From IMG/VR virus record IMGVR_UViG_3300013426_000016, positions 139,857 to 203,856 of that record: a DNA stretch of 64,000 bases; one strand, 5' to 3'. Under the pieces are notes generated by a model. The model worked only from the letters and a program-made list of their open reading frames with translations, did not search any database and was not told the origin of the DNA. Positions 52,577-62,511 of this stretch are shown piece by piece; within the stretch, counting starts at the first letter, position 1, and every line of letters begins with the position of its first letter. Both the position numbers and the translations under genes were made by a program. Source of the stretch: a virus. Taxonomy: Duplodnaviria; Caudoviricetes.

Positions 52577-52827
52577 AAATCAATCTCGCTTATGATTTCA
52601 AAGTCAAATGTCGAGCCATACTTCTCGTTGAGGCAGTACAATATGTCCGCTATGGTCATGTACTTCATGTCAAGCTCCATGTCTATCGTGCTTCTCCCGA
52701 AAGGACTTCTGAAACCGTCCACTCTATACATCTTGTGCGGACGGAATGTGAAAGGTATCCTGTTGTTCACAAGCACCGATGCCACCACATAGAGGTTAGT
52801 CGCATATACCGTATAAAGTTTCCGCAT
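52573..52827 (-). CDS. Hypothetical protein
   Basis: Coupled ORF. Confidence 0.55.
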   Translation of the reverse strand: MRKLYTVYATNLYVVASVLVNNRIPFTFRPHKMYRVDGFRSPFGRSTIDMELDMKYMTIADILYCLNEKYGSTFDFEIISEIDL

Positions 52828-52993
52828 TTCTTCCTATCTCGGTTTTGATTATATGGAGCGCCTGCCGCGCCTGCCTTTCAGTGGGGAACAGATTCCCCGC
52901 CCTCTTGAGGTCATTGAGGGCAAGACTGTTCATCTTATTATCCACACTTATGGCCTCGACCTCCCAAAAGGCCGTCACGAACCACATCCTCAT
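52796..52993 (-). CDS. Hypothetical protein
   Basis: AGNLFPTERQA motif; coupled. Confidence 0.55.
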   Translation of the reverse strand: MRMWFVTAFWEVEAISVDNKMNSLALNDLKRAGNLFPTERQARQALHIIKTEIGRNAETLYGICD

Positions 52994-53244
52994 TTCGCAC
53001 CCTCCTCAAGAAAAGCGCGCACCCTCAAGAAATGCGCCTTTATTTCACCCTTTGAGCGCATTTTTCCGCTGATGCCCTCAAGACGCACATTGTCCTTGGA
53101 GTACAAGGTGGAGAGAAAATCCGTCCCGTAAGAAGCGAAAGAGAGGCTCCATATATAATTGTAGCCTTTCTCTTCGGCTTCGGCCTTGATGTCCCTGCAC
53201 TCTTGAAAGAGCGCGGAAAGAAAAAAGAAATCAAACTGTTCCAT
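52990..53244 (-). CDS. Hypothetical protein
   Basis: Downstream of a TATCTTTG -7 box. Confidence 0.55.
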   Translation of the reverse strand: MEQFDFFFLSALFQECRDIKAEAEEKGYNYIWSLSFASYGTDFLSTLYSKDNVRLEGISGKMRSKGEIKAHFLRVRAFLEEGAK

Positions 53245-53316
53245 GTGCTTTGTTGTTTTAAAGTGTTGCAAAGATAAGTATAATATTCCACATTCGCAAT
53301 AGTGTAGGGAAAGATT

Positions 53317-53628
53317 CTACACCTCTATGCCTGCTTTCAGCCCGTCGGGGTGATAATACGTGACAACCGGGAAGTCTGTCGCCGTGCAGACCTCAATCTC
53401 TTCAACCTCCGCTTCCACGCGCCCGTACTCTTCCTCCGGCTGAAGATAAGTGGCAGGAATACGGGTGACGTTGCCGCTCACCCATACGGTAGCATACGCC
53501 CACATGTTTTCCGGAATGGCGACCTCAAAGATGTGGTGCGCACCCAGCTCATCCCATTCACGGTTCTCGATGAACGCAAGCATCCTGTCTCGCACGAGGC
53601 CGAAGATTAATTCTCTGTCTATTTGCAT
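53317..53628 (-). CDS. Hypothetical protein
   Basis: MQIDRE..PATYLQPEE; downstream of TACCTTTG. Confidence 0.6.
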   Translation of the reverse strand: MQIDRELIFGLVRDRMLAFIENREWDELGAHHIFEVAIPENMWAYATVWVSGNVTRIPATYLQPEEEYGRVEAEVEEIEVCTATDFPVVTYYHPDGLKAGIEV

Positions 53629-53682
53629 GTTTCTTGTTTTTGTTGGGACAAAGGTAAGCCAAATAAATGGAAATTCCAAGAA

Positions 53683-54087
53683 TTATTTGCACTTTTTATC
53701 CCATTCGGTTGCACGCGTCACCACTTTGATTTCTATTCCGTGTATATAAAGCATCAGTTTGCGCTTTATCGGGAACTTCTGGTCTATCATGAACTTGCTT
53801 CCCTTGACATCCTCCACAACTGTCTCGCCGTCTTTGACATAGACGAAGTCAGCCTTATAGGTGCATTGCCTTTCCGCCAAGACTTGAACCTCCTTGTCTT
53901 TCGTCTTCAAATGCCTCGTTTCGGCCTTGTATTGGGCCGGGATGAGCAGATACTCCACCTGCCGTCTGAGGCCGCTGATTTGGCCCTCTGATTGACGATT
54001 CCGCAGGAAGATGAACCTGCTCCACTCGAGCTGGGAATCGAATACCCCCTCCGAGTTGGTTATCTTGTGGTTCCTGTATTTCCGCAT
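53683..54087 (-). CDS. DUF1064-family endonuclease
   Basis: KYRN..FDS..E..YKADFVY..VEDVKG..KRKLM. Confidence 0.85.
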   Translation of the reverse strand: MRKYRNHKITNSEGVFDSQLEWSRFIFLRNRQSEGQISGLRRQVEYLLIPAQYKAETRHLKTKDKEVQVLAERQCTYKADFVYVKDGETVVEDVKGSKFMIDQKFPIKRKLMLYIHGIEIKVVTRATEWDKKCK

Positions 54088-54653
54088 ATCAATTCCTGTG
54101 CGTATGGCAGATTTTCGATGAACCGGCAGAATTCCCCCCAATCCTCCTTGAGTTTGTGGTTGCATCGCTGCGCATAGATGCTCCGCAGTTGCAGGTAGTT
54201 TGTCGATACTCTCATGAACAGCTCTATGCCCTGCGGACAGTTGCTCAAGAGACGCATGAAATTCGCGTATGAGGGTTTTGCATTGTACTTTTCGGAAAGA
54301 GACTTCATTTGCGCAATGCTTTCTTCCGTGACATACTTGTTGAAGCACGCATCCATGTCCATCATCGCAAGCCGATGCATCTTGCTTGAGGAACAGACAA
54401 TGTCTATCCAGTGATAGCGTTGCAATTCGGGGCTGATGTAATTGGGATATGTCAAGTCGAAACTCACCCGTATCCCGGAAAGGAACGTCTGATGTCCGCT
54501 TCCATTAGGCGTATTGGCCAATTTCACGGCCCTTTCCATAGACTTTCCGAATTCTTCCTCCGTATACTCCGGCGGAGCAAGCCTCATGGCGTTCCTGCAT
54601 GCTATGATGCTTTCTCTGAGGTCATAGACCTTTACATTTTCAATCTTCAACAT
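54060..54653 (-). CDS. ThyX-like fold phage protein
   Basis: GHQTFL..QRY..SSSKMH..TNYLQL..QR.NHKL.EDW. Confidence 0.6.
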   Translation of the reverse strand: MLKIENVKVYDLRESIIACRNAMRLAPPEYTEEEFGKSMERAVKLANTPNGSGHQTFLSGIRVSFDLTYPNYISPELQRYHWIDIVCSSSKMHRLAMMDMDACFNKYVTEESIAQMKSLSEKYNAKPSYANFMRLLSNCPQGIELFMRVSTNYLQLRSIYAQRCNHKLKEDWGEFCRFIENLPYAQELICGNTGTTR

Positions 54654-55269
54654 GTTTCTGTAAAAATTCTACAAGTTTGCGGCATAAGATGTTCACGCTT
54701 GCGGTCACGTTCTTGTCGTTGTTCGGGCGAATTTCCGGTTTGCCCTTGCCATAGTAGGCATCGAGCCAACGGCGTATCAATACGCGGCAAGCCGTGATGT
54801 CGGAATACATGCGGTATTCTCGCGGCGCGTTCCTGTAGGTGTCCTGCCATACGATTTCCGCGCATTGGCAAAGGATGCTAATCAGCACGGCGGATGCAAG
54901 CACCTCTTGCCGCTCCAAAGGTTCGAACGGGAAAAGATTCTCGACCTGTATCAGCGTTATCAGCAGGTCGTGTTCCATGTGCTTGTCGAAGTCATCCATC
55001 ATGTCACACATATAGTCCGTCTGTTCGGGGCTGAAACACCGGAAAAAGGACTGGTTGAACCTGTCATAGCTGCGCAACCACTCGTTTTTCCATTTCAAAC
55101 GGTTATGATGGCATTCCACCGGCTTGATATTGCGGCAGAACAATTGGTATGCCGCATCCATGATAATCAGCGGAAGCAACGGGGCGACCTCGTTGCCGTC
55201 CCGGCAATGCGCCGTAAGCCCTTTGGGCTTCAGATAAGCGTTGATTAAATCCTCAGTCTTCATCCCCAT
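54640..55269 (-). CDS. Hypothetical protein
   Basis: ~209 aa ORF coupled to dnaB. Confidence 0.65.
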   Translation of the reverse strand: MGMKTEDLINAYLKPKGLTAHCRDGNEVAPLLPLIIMDAAYQLFCRNIKPVECHHNRLKWKNEWLRSYDRFNQSFFRCFSPEQTDYMCDMMDDFDKHMEHDLLITLIQVENLFPFEPLERQEVLASAVLISILCQCAEIVWQDTYRNAPREYRMYSDITACRVLIRRWLDAYYGKGKPEIRPNNDKNVTASVNILCRKLVEFLQKHVED

Positions 55270-57583
55270 GTTCCTCAAAGTTAGCGAATCCCCCCGTGCC
55301 GACAAGGCGAATTGGAGAATCGAAGTTGCATTTCCCGTTCCTGTTTTTCCTTATCCACAAATCTATCGAGTTGTCTACAATGTCACCGTCCGAGGTGCGT
55401 GTGCGCTCAAGCATCAGCACCAAATCCGCGTCTTGCTCGATTGCCCCGCTGTCTCTCAAGTCGAACAGCTGCGGACTCCGCATTTCGCTCGCGCTTGCCC
55501 TGTTCAATTGGCAGAGCAGCAGAATCGGGATGTCGCACTCCTTTGCCACCGTCTTGAGTTTCCGCGTGAATTCCCCCAATGCCGTGGCCATGTTCTGCCG
55601 TTGATTAGTCACCGGTATTAATCCCAAATAGTCTATCACCGCAAAGCGGCAATGTCCGCTCTGGCACTCTATCCTTATCCGCTGACAGAGTTCGTCTATC
55701 CCGTTTGCCTTGTCGTTGATTACGAGGTTGTCATTGCACGTCTCCGCTACGGCCCTCTCGTAATCCGCCCACTCGAACCGTCTGGAATACAAGGCCGCCG
55801 GAGAAATGTATCCGGTGGAAAGAATCAGCCTCTGCACAAGTTCCTCCGCCGTCATCTCCAGCGAGAATATCATGCTTTTCTTCCCCGATTTCGAGGCGTG
55901 CAGGGCCATCTGGAGAGCTATTGTGGTGTTGTGCGTCACGATGTAGTCCTCGGTGACATAGCAATGGTCATCGTTGCTGACGTAGATGCACACGCATTCC
56001 ATGTCGCCCACCTTTTCCGCTGATGTTATGAACCGTGAGCGGTCAGATGGACGCCATTTCTCGGCCTTGCGACGCAGATGGAACGGGCAAACAGTCATGC
56101 TCACCGCCACGTTGTACTCCGTTCCTTTCCCCTCTTCCGTCCGGTCATAGGCCTTGACGTAGGACAGGCCTCCGAGGGTGCGGACCAAGGACACCATGTC
56201 GTCTGCAAGCCTCCTGCTTGTAGTGCTGAACGAAGTCGCCCCGTCTGAGGCGGTGCCGTCCGTGTCCATCAGCCCCCTCAACAGCGAAAGTCGCTGTCCG
56301 ACACTGCCGAGGAGGTATTCCCGCGGAATGAACTTGTCCCTTGAACGGACATCAAGCCCCAGTCTTCTGATTCTCCGTGCGAACCCGTCTTTGCCGCCCT
56401 TTCTTTTCTGCGCAATGACATAGGACGGGCAGGCAGGGGATGAGTTCTTGTGAAATTCGTAGCCGTCCGGCAGACGGCCGCTTGCCCTCGTTATCATCTC
56501 AACGTCCATGAGAGGGTTTGAAATGCTTACGGCGTTGCCGCAAAGGTAGCCGTCTCCTATCAGCAGGCCCAAAAGATAGGGGTCTATCGGGAGTTGCCGT
56601 TCAGCGAACTCCACGGGGGCGACTTTCGGAATCCGGTATTTCGACAGTGGCTTCCTGTTGCTCGCCGCCCTTGACGGAGTGAGTTTCGTCTTCAAGCCCC
56701 TGCGCATCATTTCTTTCAACGTCAATTCCTGCTCGCGGTGTCGGGACGAGGTGACATCCGTGACCGTCCATAGATGCTCCTCGTCACAAAGGACAGATGC
56801 CCCGTCATTCATTTCCACGCGGTAAACCGGACGCACCCCCTGCGGATACACGCCCAAGACATCCTGCGCACGCCCGTCGCGTCCAATCACCTTGTCGCCG
56901 ACTTTCAGACTTCCCATTTCGCGCCATCCTTGAGGGGTGAGCACTTTCGTATGTATCGGCTGCGCCTTGCCCACGCTTGGGCGCGCCGCAAGTATCACCA
57001 GATTGCCGCCGTTGAACCCCCCGTAGGTGTAGAAGTCAAGCGTCCGTATCGAAGTGGGGATTCTGTTCGTCTCCCCCTTTTCGAGGCGTTCAGAAAGGGT
57101 ATTAGCCACTTCTGTGGAAGTCTTGGCCATGTCATCCCTCAGACCATCTGCCGTCATCTTCGAGAAATCGCCGAACATGCGGCATATTTCCGAGCAAGGC
57201 ATCCCGCCGTTTATCCGTTGCAGGGCATCAACGGCTGTAATGTATGCCGCCCGTCTGACGCAGGTGTCAACCATTGCCCCTATGAGGCCCTGCAACCCCA
57301 TCTCTCCATATTCCGGCGTCTCATCTATTATCGTGGAGAGGAAGTAGGAACGGTTGACGCGAGGAAGCACCGTGGTCAAATCTATGTTCTCTCCGGAATT
57401 ATACATGTCGATTATGGTCTCCCATATCTTCCGGTTCTCCTCATGCGTGAACATGTCAGCTTTTATGCTTCTCATCACACGCCCGATGGTGGATTGGTCT
57501 CCAATCATGGTTGCGAGCAACTTCGTCTCCAATTTTGACGTGTCCGGCATAGGAAAGTCTGATATCGCAAGCGTCTGTTTCAT
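55253..57583 (-). CDS. dnaB: Replicative DNA helicase DnaB with intein
   Basis: LAARPSVGK|TT, FSLEM, IDYL, LCQLNR, LRDSGAIEQDAD, KNRNG. Confidence 0.95.
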   Translation of the reverse strand: MKQTLAISDFPMPDTSKLETKLLATMIGDQSTIGRVMRSIKADMFTHEENRKIWETIIDMYNSGENIDLTTVLPRVNRSYFLSTIIDETPEYGEMGLQGLIGAMVDTCVRRAAYITAVDALQRINGGMPCSEICRMFGDFSKMTADGLRDDMAKTSTEVANTLSERLEKGETNRIPTSIRTLDFYTYGGFNGGNLVILAARPSVGKAQPIHTKVLTPQGWREMGSLKVGDKVIGRDGRAQDVLGVYPQGVRPVYRVEMNDGASVLCDEEHLWTVTDVTSSRHREQELTLKEMMRRGLKTKLTPSRAASNRKPLSKYRIPKVAPVEFAERQLPIDPYLLGLLIGDGYLCGNAVSISNPLMDVEMITRASGRLPDGYEFHKNSSPACPSYVIAQKRKGGKDGFARRIRRLGLDVRSRDKFIPREYLLGSVGQRLSLLRGLMDTDGTASDGATSFSTTSRRLADDMVSLVRTLGGLSYVKAYDRTEEGKGTEYNVAVSMTVCPFHLRRKAEKWRPSDRSRFITSAEKVGDMECVCIYVSNDDHCYVTEDYIVTHNTTIALQMALHASKSGKKSMIFSLEMTAEELVQRLILSTGYISPAALYSRRFEWADYERAVAETCNDNLVINDKANGIDELCQRIRIECQSGHCRFAVIDYLGLIPVTNQRQNMATALGEFTRKLKTVAKECDIPILLLCQLNRASASEMRSPQLFDLRDSGAIEQDADLVLMLERTRTSDGDIVDNSIDLWIRKNRNGKCNFDSPIRLVGTGGFANFEEHGDED
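55928..56965 (-). mobile_element. Class 3-type intein (Ala1) with LAGLIDADG endonuclease, 346 aa
   Basis: AQPIHTKV..CDEEHLW..LIGDG..GLMDTDG..CVCIYV..VTHN|T, inserted in the P-loop. Confidence 0.9.
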
Positions 57584-58377
57584 TTCTTCAGTATTACGGT
57601 TCTGTAATATTCCTCGGTCACGCCCATTTCCTCCCATATCTTCTTCTTGGGGAGGGGGGCGGCGGCTGTCCGGGGGGTAGGGTTGCTTCCGCTGTTTCTA
57701 TTGTTGTTTGCCCATGTCGCGAGGCGGCGGCTTATCTCGAAGCATCCGCTTTTCTTCTTCGATATTTCCCACTTCAGATTCTTGCCCGAAGCCTCACCCC
57801 AATAGAAGACGAAATCATCTATCATCTTCTGGCCGTATTTGTCAATATAAGGCTCACAGGCTTTGCGCAGACTTTCCCGTTTTGCCTGAATTATCTCCTC
57901 ATCCGTCAATTTTCTTTCTATATTATCCTTTAGGATAATATCTTTCTTAATAATATTATTATTATTATATACATTGGCCCTTTCATCCAATGGATTGGCC
58001 CTTTCGGCCAATGTGTTGGCCCTTTTAGAACCTCCGTCTGGCAATTCCTCTTCATTCTCAAATAACGAACGTCCGGAATCCGTGAGAGAATACCACGAAG
58101 CCTTATATGTAAAATCCTTAGCATAATCCCCCTTTATAAGATAACCTCCGCCAATAAGGGAATCTATTGTATTGCGAATCTTTTTGTCCGTCAAGTACGG
58201 GAATACGGAAAGGATGTTCTTCCGGCTCGAATAGCTCCACACCCTACCGTCCTTGACCATGTCGGGATTCTCTCTGTTGGTCTGATGCCAATAGTAGAAA
58301 TGCTGAAGCAGGAGGGCCTCTTCGAGACCTACCTTGGCAGCGAGTTCCACGCTGAATGAATGTGTCGTATAATTCAT
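57580..58377 (-). CDS. Phage replication initiator-like protein
   Basis: AAKVGLEEALLL..DGRVW..FPYL..WYS; C-terminal FVFYW..RRLATW. Confidence 0.8.
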   Translation of the reverse strand: MNYTTHSFSVELAAKVGLEEALLLQHFYYWHQTNRENPDMVKDGRVWSYSSRKNILSVFPYLTDKKIRNTIDSLIGGGYLIKGDYAKDFTYKASWYSLTDSGRSLFENEEELPDGGSKRANTLAERANPLDERANVYNNNNIIKKDIILKDNIERKLTDEEIIQAKRESLRKACEPYIDKYGQKMIDDFVFYWGEASGKNLKWEISKKKSGCFEISRRLATWANNNRNSGSNPTPRTAAAPLPKKKIWEEMGVTEEYYRTVILKK

Positions 58378-58654
58378 GCTGATAAAAATAACCCTTGAAC
58401 AACGCCACAACTCATTGTCCAAGGGTTGGCTACTTTGACGTAGTTTATATCTTGCGCTTGCAGGCTGTGGACTGCTTGCGGATTTGGCTCTTATAAAGAG
58501 GCCGTACTCCGGCCTCACAAAGCAATGGAAAACTTCTTGATTCCCGACTGCAAAGATAAGTAGAATTTTCTATTCATGCAATAGGCAAAAAAAGAAAATA
58601 AATTTGGAAATGCCAAAATTTGTTTGTACTTTTGCAAGACAAATCGGAACAAAT

Positions 58655-58957
58655 ATGTTGAGACTTAAAGAAGCGTTTGCGAGGGCGCGCGACTTGTCCC
58701 TCGTGCGGAGGAAAAAAGACTTCGCGTTAGAATTATGGCCGGATTCTTCATTGGGCGCGGCTTATACTAACTTCTCGAACCTTGAGGACGGGAAGACGCA
58801 GAAGATAAAGATAGAGGCCGTTCCGCTGATATGCGAAAGGCTCGGATGCACGCCGGAATATCTCTTTGGCATGTCCGAAATCCCCTCAAGGGAGGAAAGC
58901 AAGGCTCAGCTGAAAGAACTGGCGAAACAGATGATTGAAATCATAGACAAACTATAA
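58655..58957 (+). CDS. XRE-family HTH regulator
   Basis: KKDFALELW..ICERLGCTPEYLFG; divergent TACTTTTG promoter. Confidence 0.75.
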   Translation: MLRLKEAFARARDLSLVRRKKDFALELWPDSSLGAAYTNFSNLEDGKTQKIKIEAVPLICERLGCTPEYLFGMSEIPSREESKAQLKELAKQMIEIIDKL

Positions 58958-58971
58958 ACTATAATATCATT

Positions 58972-59982
58972 ATGAATACTGAAACTAAAATGGGCGTGTA
59001 TGAACTCGCCAACAATGTCACCGCCGAACAGATTAAGGCCGTATTTTTCGACCAAGACGCTCTCCGTGAGCCGTCATACAAACTCTGTCAGCTTAATGTC
59101 CGTGGACAGCGGTACTACTATGTAGCGGACAGCGAGGGCGTGGAACTCTACCCGTCAGTCACCACTATTCTGAAGAAAGTGATGCCGGAGAACAAGATTC
59201 TCACAGACTGGAAAGTTGCCCTTGGAAAGGACGCGGCGGAAGCATACACGATGGAAAGGGCGAGGTTCGGTTCGTTTGTCCATGGGCAACTCCAATCGCT
59301 GATGATTGAGAGGAGGTACAATCTTGACATGATGCGTGAAACTCTGTCCAAATATGCAGAGCGTGAAAACCTGCCGTTATCTTTCGTTGAGGAACATCTT
59401 GACGAGGCGAAATACGACATGCTCTCATTCGCGAAATGGATGAGGGAATATGACGTGCGTCCCCTTGCCGTGGAGATAGCCCTTTATCATCCTTTGCTCA
59501 AATACGCCGGTATGCTCGACTGCGTATGCTCAATGCGCAAATATCCCATAGGGGACAAGCACGGGGATGAAAGAGTTGTTGCGATTGTGGACTTCAAGAC
59601 GACCACAAAGGATTTCCGTGACGAACACGCAATTCAGTTGGGCCTCTACCGAGACATGTGGAACTTGTCTTTCCCGGATGTGCCGATAACGGAAATCGGC
59701 AACGTGTCTCCGAAAGCGTGGTGGAACACCGCACGCAAGCAGGTGTCCTACAACTTCGAGTGGCAGACTGATAACGAAGTTCTGAAACAGATTCCTTATC
59801 TGCTCGAACTCTATAAGCTGCTCCCCGAGGAGACAAGGAAAATCGCCGTCTGCGGCGGCATGGTAGACTTGTCCGATGATGTTGACAAGAACGTGGCCGT
59901 GCTCACCATGGAGGAACTTGTCAAAAAGGGCAACGAGAAAATGAGCGAAGATGCGGCGGTGGATGACACTCCGTTGTTTTAG
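58972..59982 (+). CDS. PD-(D/E)xK exonuclease
   Basis: PSVTTIL..YAGMLD..VDFKT..QLGLY. Confidence 0.8.
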   Translation: MNTETKMGVYELANNVTAEQIKAVFFDQDALREPSYKLCQLNVRGQRYYYVADSEGVELYPSVTTILKKVMPENKILTDWKVALGKDAAEAYTMERARFGSFVHGQLQSLMIERRYNLDMMRETLSKYAERENLPLSFVEEHLDEAKYDMLSFAKWMREYDVRPLAVEIALYHPLLKYAGMLDCVCSMRKYPIGDKHGDERVVAIVDFKTTTKDFRDEHAIQLGLYRDMWNLSFPDVPITEIGNVSPKAWWNTARKQVSYNFEWQTDNEVLKQIPYLLELYKLLPEETRKIAVCGGMVDLSDDVDKNVAVLTMEELVKKGNEKMSEDAAVDDTPLF

Positions 59983-59987
59983 TGGCC

Positions 59988-60674
59988 ATGGGCGGCAGAA
60001 TCAAGAACAACGAGAGGCCGAAGCGGCTTCCGTTGCCAATAATAGGCCGCATAAAGTGCGGACTGAAGTCTGACAGGGGATATCCCATGTCCACGGACTA
60101 TTTCGTGGCGACAGGCAAATATTCGCGCCTTTTCGATGAGGCCTATGGCGCAAAACCCGATGTCATACAGATTGTGTTCCCGTCTGACGATGCGGACATG
60201 GTGTGCCGGGAGGAATACGAGTTCCGGGACGAAGCAGGCAAACTCGTGGCCTCGGGGGATGGAGAGACGTTCAAGGTGTGGTCTACCAAGACATCCACTT
60301 ATGCCGTGTTCACAACGGAGCAGTATCCCGACATCATGGACATGGTTTCAAGCAGGCATCCGAAATGCCAGTGGAAAGTCACTCTGACGCTGAATTTCAT
60401 CATCCCGAAAATCCGTGGAGTGATGGGCGTGTGGCAGTTCCAGACGAAAGGCGTGGCATCAACGATACCGCAGATACGGGACTACTTCGATGAGTTCTAC
60501 GAACAGCAGGGGAAAGTCAGCGGCGTCATATTTGACCTGTCGGTGATAATGGCGAAATCCCAGAAACCCGGGCAGAGCAGCAAGTATCCAGTGGTCTCCC
60601 TCATTGCCAACGAGAGCAGGGAGAATCTTGAGATGGCACAGGAATGCCGCAAACCGATAATGATAGGAGAATGA
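59988..60674 (+). CDS. Recombination directionality factor (Gp3)-like protein
   Basis: IGRIKCG..GYP..DYF..GDGE..GVWQF.TK..YPVV; paired with the exonuclease. Confidence 0.65.
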   Translation: MGGRIKNNERPKRLPLPIIGRIKCGLKSDRGYPMSTDYFVATGKYSRLFDEAYGAKPDVIQIVFPSDDADMVCREEYEFRDEAGKLVASGDGETFKVWSTKTSTYAVFTTEQYPDIMDMVSSRHPKCQWKVTLTLNFIIPKIRGVMGVWQFQTKGVASTIPQIRDYFDEFYEQQGKVSGVIFDLSVIMAKSQKPGQSSKYPVVSLIANESRENLEMAQECRKPIMIGE

Positions 60675-60831
60675 AATGCATATATTATAACGGAGGCTAT
60701 TGCAGCCTGTCGAAAAACCTTGACGGAATCAACATGACGTGCAACGAACAGGCCGGGTGTCCCGACCGCCGATGGAACGGGGATGAAGTCGATTGGGAAT
60801 CACTGAAAGTTCAGAAAGGGAGGACGGACAA

Positions 60832-61146
60832 ATGAAGAAAGTGTCAGAGCCGATAATGATGTACGCCCCGATGGCCGGCGTGCTTGAAGACCTTGCAAGC
60901 GCAATCTACCACCAACTGTCCACGCAAACAGGCATCCGATATGACTATCTTTGCCAGAACTCCCAATTGAGAATCAACCTCGACAAGAAAGGGCCGACCG
61001 TGAAAATAGAGGTAATCCCGGTGTGCCGTGGGAATATGAGGGAGAAGCGTGTTGCGGACTTCATCGAGATGCTCCGCCGGGGACGCGAGCGTTCAGAAAT
61101 GCCACGTGAACCCGAAGCCGACATATCCGCCGAAGCCGGGGACTGA
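60832..61146 (+). CDS. Hypothetical protein
   Basis: 104 aa, convergent with the lysis genes. Confidence 0.5.
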   Translation: MKKVSEPIMMYAPMAGVLEDLASAIYHQLSTQTGIRYDYLCQNSQLRINLDKKGPTVKIEVIPVCRGNMREKRVADFIEMLRRGRERSEMPREPEADISAEAGD

Positions 61147-61593
61147 CCCGGCAGGGAGCACCACCCCCACCCCGGCCTGCAAGCCGTAGTCGAATTTCCG
61201 CCATTCTTTCCGGATGGCGGTTTTCGTTATCGTCTTGGGATAGACATACAGGCTGTCGAGATTCGGCTCGTATCCCGAAACCCATGCCCGATAATCTTCT
61301 TCCTCATAGTATTTCTGAACCTTGGGGAGATATACCGTGTCCCCCCTCACGATTGTGTCGTTCCGGGACACCTTTATCGTGTCTCTCCGTATTTTGATGA
61401 CATCACGATAGGCGGGCGTATGGACGCGCAAAGTGTCACGGATGATAACTTCTATCACTTCGGGCTTCATGGCCTCCAATTCGGCCTTAAAATGCCGTTT
61501 TAAGGGAAAATAAGAGCCGAGTGCCCCTGCCCAAATACACAAAAGGGCGAAAACAAGAGATTTCGCCCCATTCCCGATGCTTGTTTTACTCAT
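61093..61593 (-). CDS. Spanin-like Bacteroidota phage protein
   Basis: N-terminal TM, RDT repeats, YRAWVSGYEPNLDS, GLQAGVG beta tail. Confidence 0.65.
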   Translation of the reverse strand: MSKTSIGNGAKSLVFALLCIWAGALGSYFPLKRHFKAELEAMKPEVIEVIIRDTLRVHTPAYRDVIKIRRDTIKVSRNDTIVRGDTVYLPKVQKYYEEEDYRAWVSGYEPNLDSLYVYPKTITKTAIRKEWRKFDYGLQAGVGVVLPAGSVPGFGGYVGFGFTWHF

Positions 61594-61759
61594 CAATGAG
61601 CTTTTTGACCCAGCCTTTGACTGTCGGATAGGCGGCATCTATCAGCACCGCCACGCCAAAGGCTATCACATACTGTCTCATCCACAGCAGATAGCCCAAC
61701 GAACCTATCGCCCCTATGAGGGCGAGGAACGAGCCGAAAAAATAAAGCAACTTCTTCAT
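61586..61759 (-). CDS. Two-TM holin candidate (57 aa)
   Basis: MKKLLYFFGSFLALIG..; between endolysin and spanin-like gene. Confidence 0.55.
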   Translation of the reverse strand: MKKLLYFFGSFLALIGAIGSLGYLLWMRQYVIAFGVAVLIDAAYPTVKGWVKKLIDE

Positions 61760-61760
61760 G

Positions 61761-62180
61761 TCAGTTCTTGTTTATTGTTGTTGTCTGATGCCGTTGTCTT
61801 CCCTGTCCGTCCTTGTAGCCCAAATGAAGCCACTCGGTCTTTCCGTTCCTCTCGATTATGCACTGGTCATACGCCTTGCCTTGCAGCCATCCTACCGCGA
61901 ACCTGACGAACCCGTGAAAGTCGTCGGTCTGCAAATCCGCCGCATAGCCGCAAAGGTGCGCACTTGTCATGCTGCCCCCCACTTTCTTGTTGAGTTCCGG
62001 ACACCGGTAGCCGCTCGTGACCCTTATCGGCTTCCCCCACGCATCCCTCAAAGGCTGCAACAGATTGTCGCACAACTCGTTGATATGCTCAACGACTTCG
62101 GGGGACGGGATATTGTCAATCCCGTCCCTCTCCGCCGTGGCACTGAACGTCAGTTCTTTGAGAGAGAAATTCTTACTCAT
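61761..62180 (-). CDS. Peptidase M15 family endolysin
   Basis: NFSLKEL..LQPLR..SGYRC..SAH..GYAAD..WLH. Confidence 0.9.
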   Translation of the reverse strand: MSKNFSLKELTFSATAERDGIDNIPSPEVVEHINELCDNLLQPLRDAWGKPIRVTSGYRCPELNKKVGGSMTSAHLCGYAADLQTDDFHGFVRFAVGWLQGKAYDQCIIERNGKTEWLHLGYKDGQGRQRHQTTTINKN

Positions 62181-62511
62181 TCCCGAGAACGGAATCAGCA
62201 ATCGCCTTGCATTCAATCACATAGGCCTCATGCTCGGCCTTGTCCTCCGCATTGTTCTCCCTGTCGAATGCAAGTGTGACCTCGTCATAGATGTCATACT
62301 TCAGACGCACGAGGGCTTCGACAATCCGTTTACGTGTCACTTCCGGCACGAGCACTTCCTCGTACTCATACTTGACACCCTGCTCCTTGCCGTCTGCGTC
62401 CATGTCCGCAACTTCTTCGATGTTGTAGCGGACCACATAGTTTTCCGCGTCCCACCTCTCCACGACCGCAGGACGCGCTTTGCTTGATGATTTTCCCATT
62501 TCCTTTTTCAT
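62173..62511 (-). CDS. Hypothetical protein downstream of the RT
   Basis: 112 aa; IVEALVRLKY..E. Confidence 0.7.
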   Translation of the reverse strand: MKKEMGKSSSKARPAVVERWDAENYVVRYNIEEVADMDADGKEQGVKYEYEEVLVPEVTRKRIVEALVRLKYDIYDEVTLAFDRENNAEDKAEHEAYVIECKAIADSVLGNE

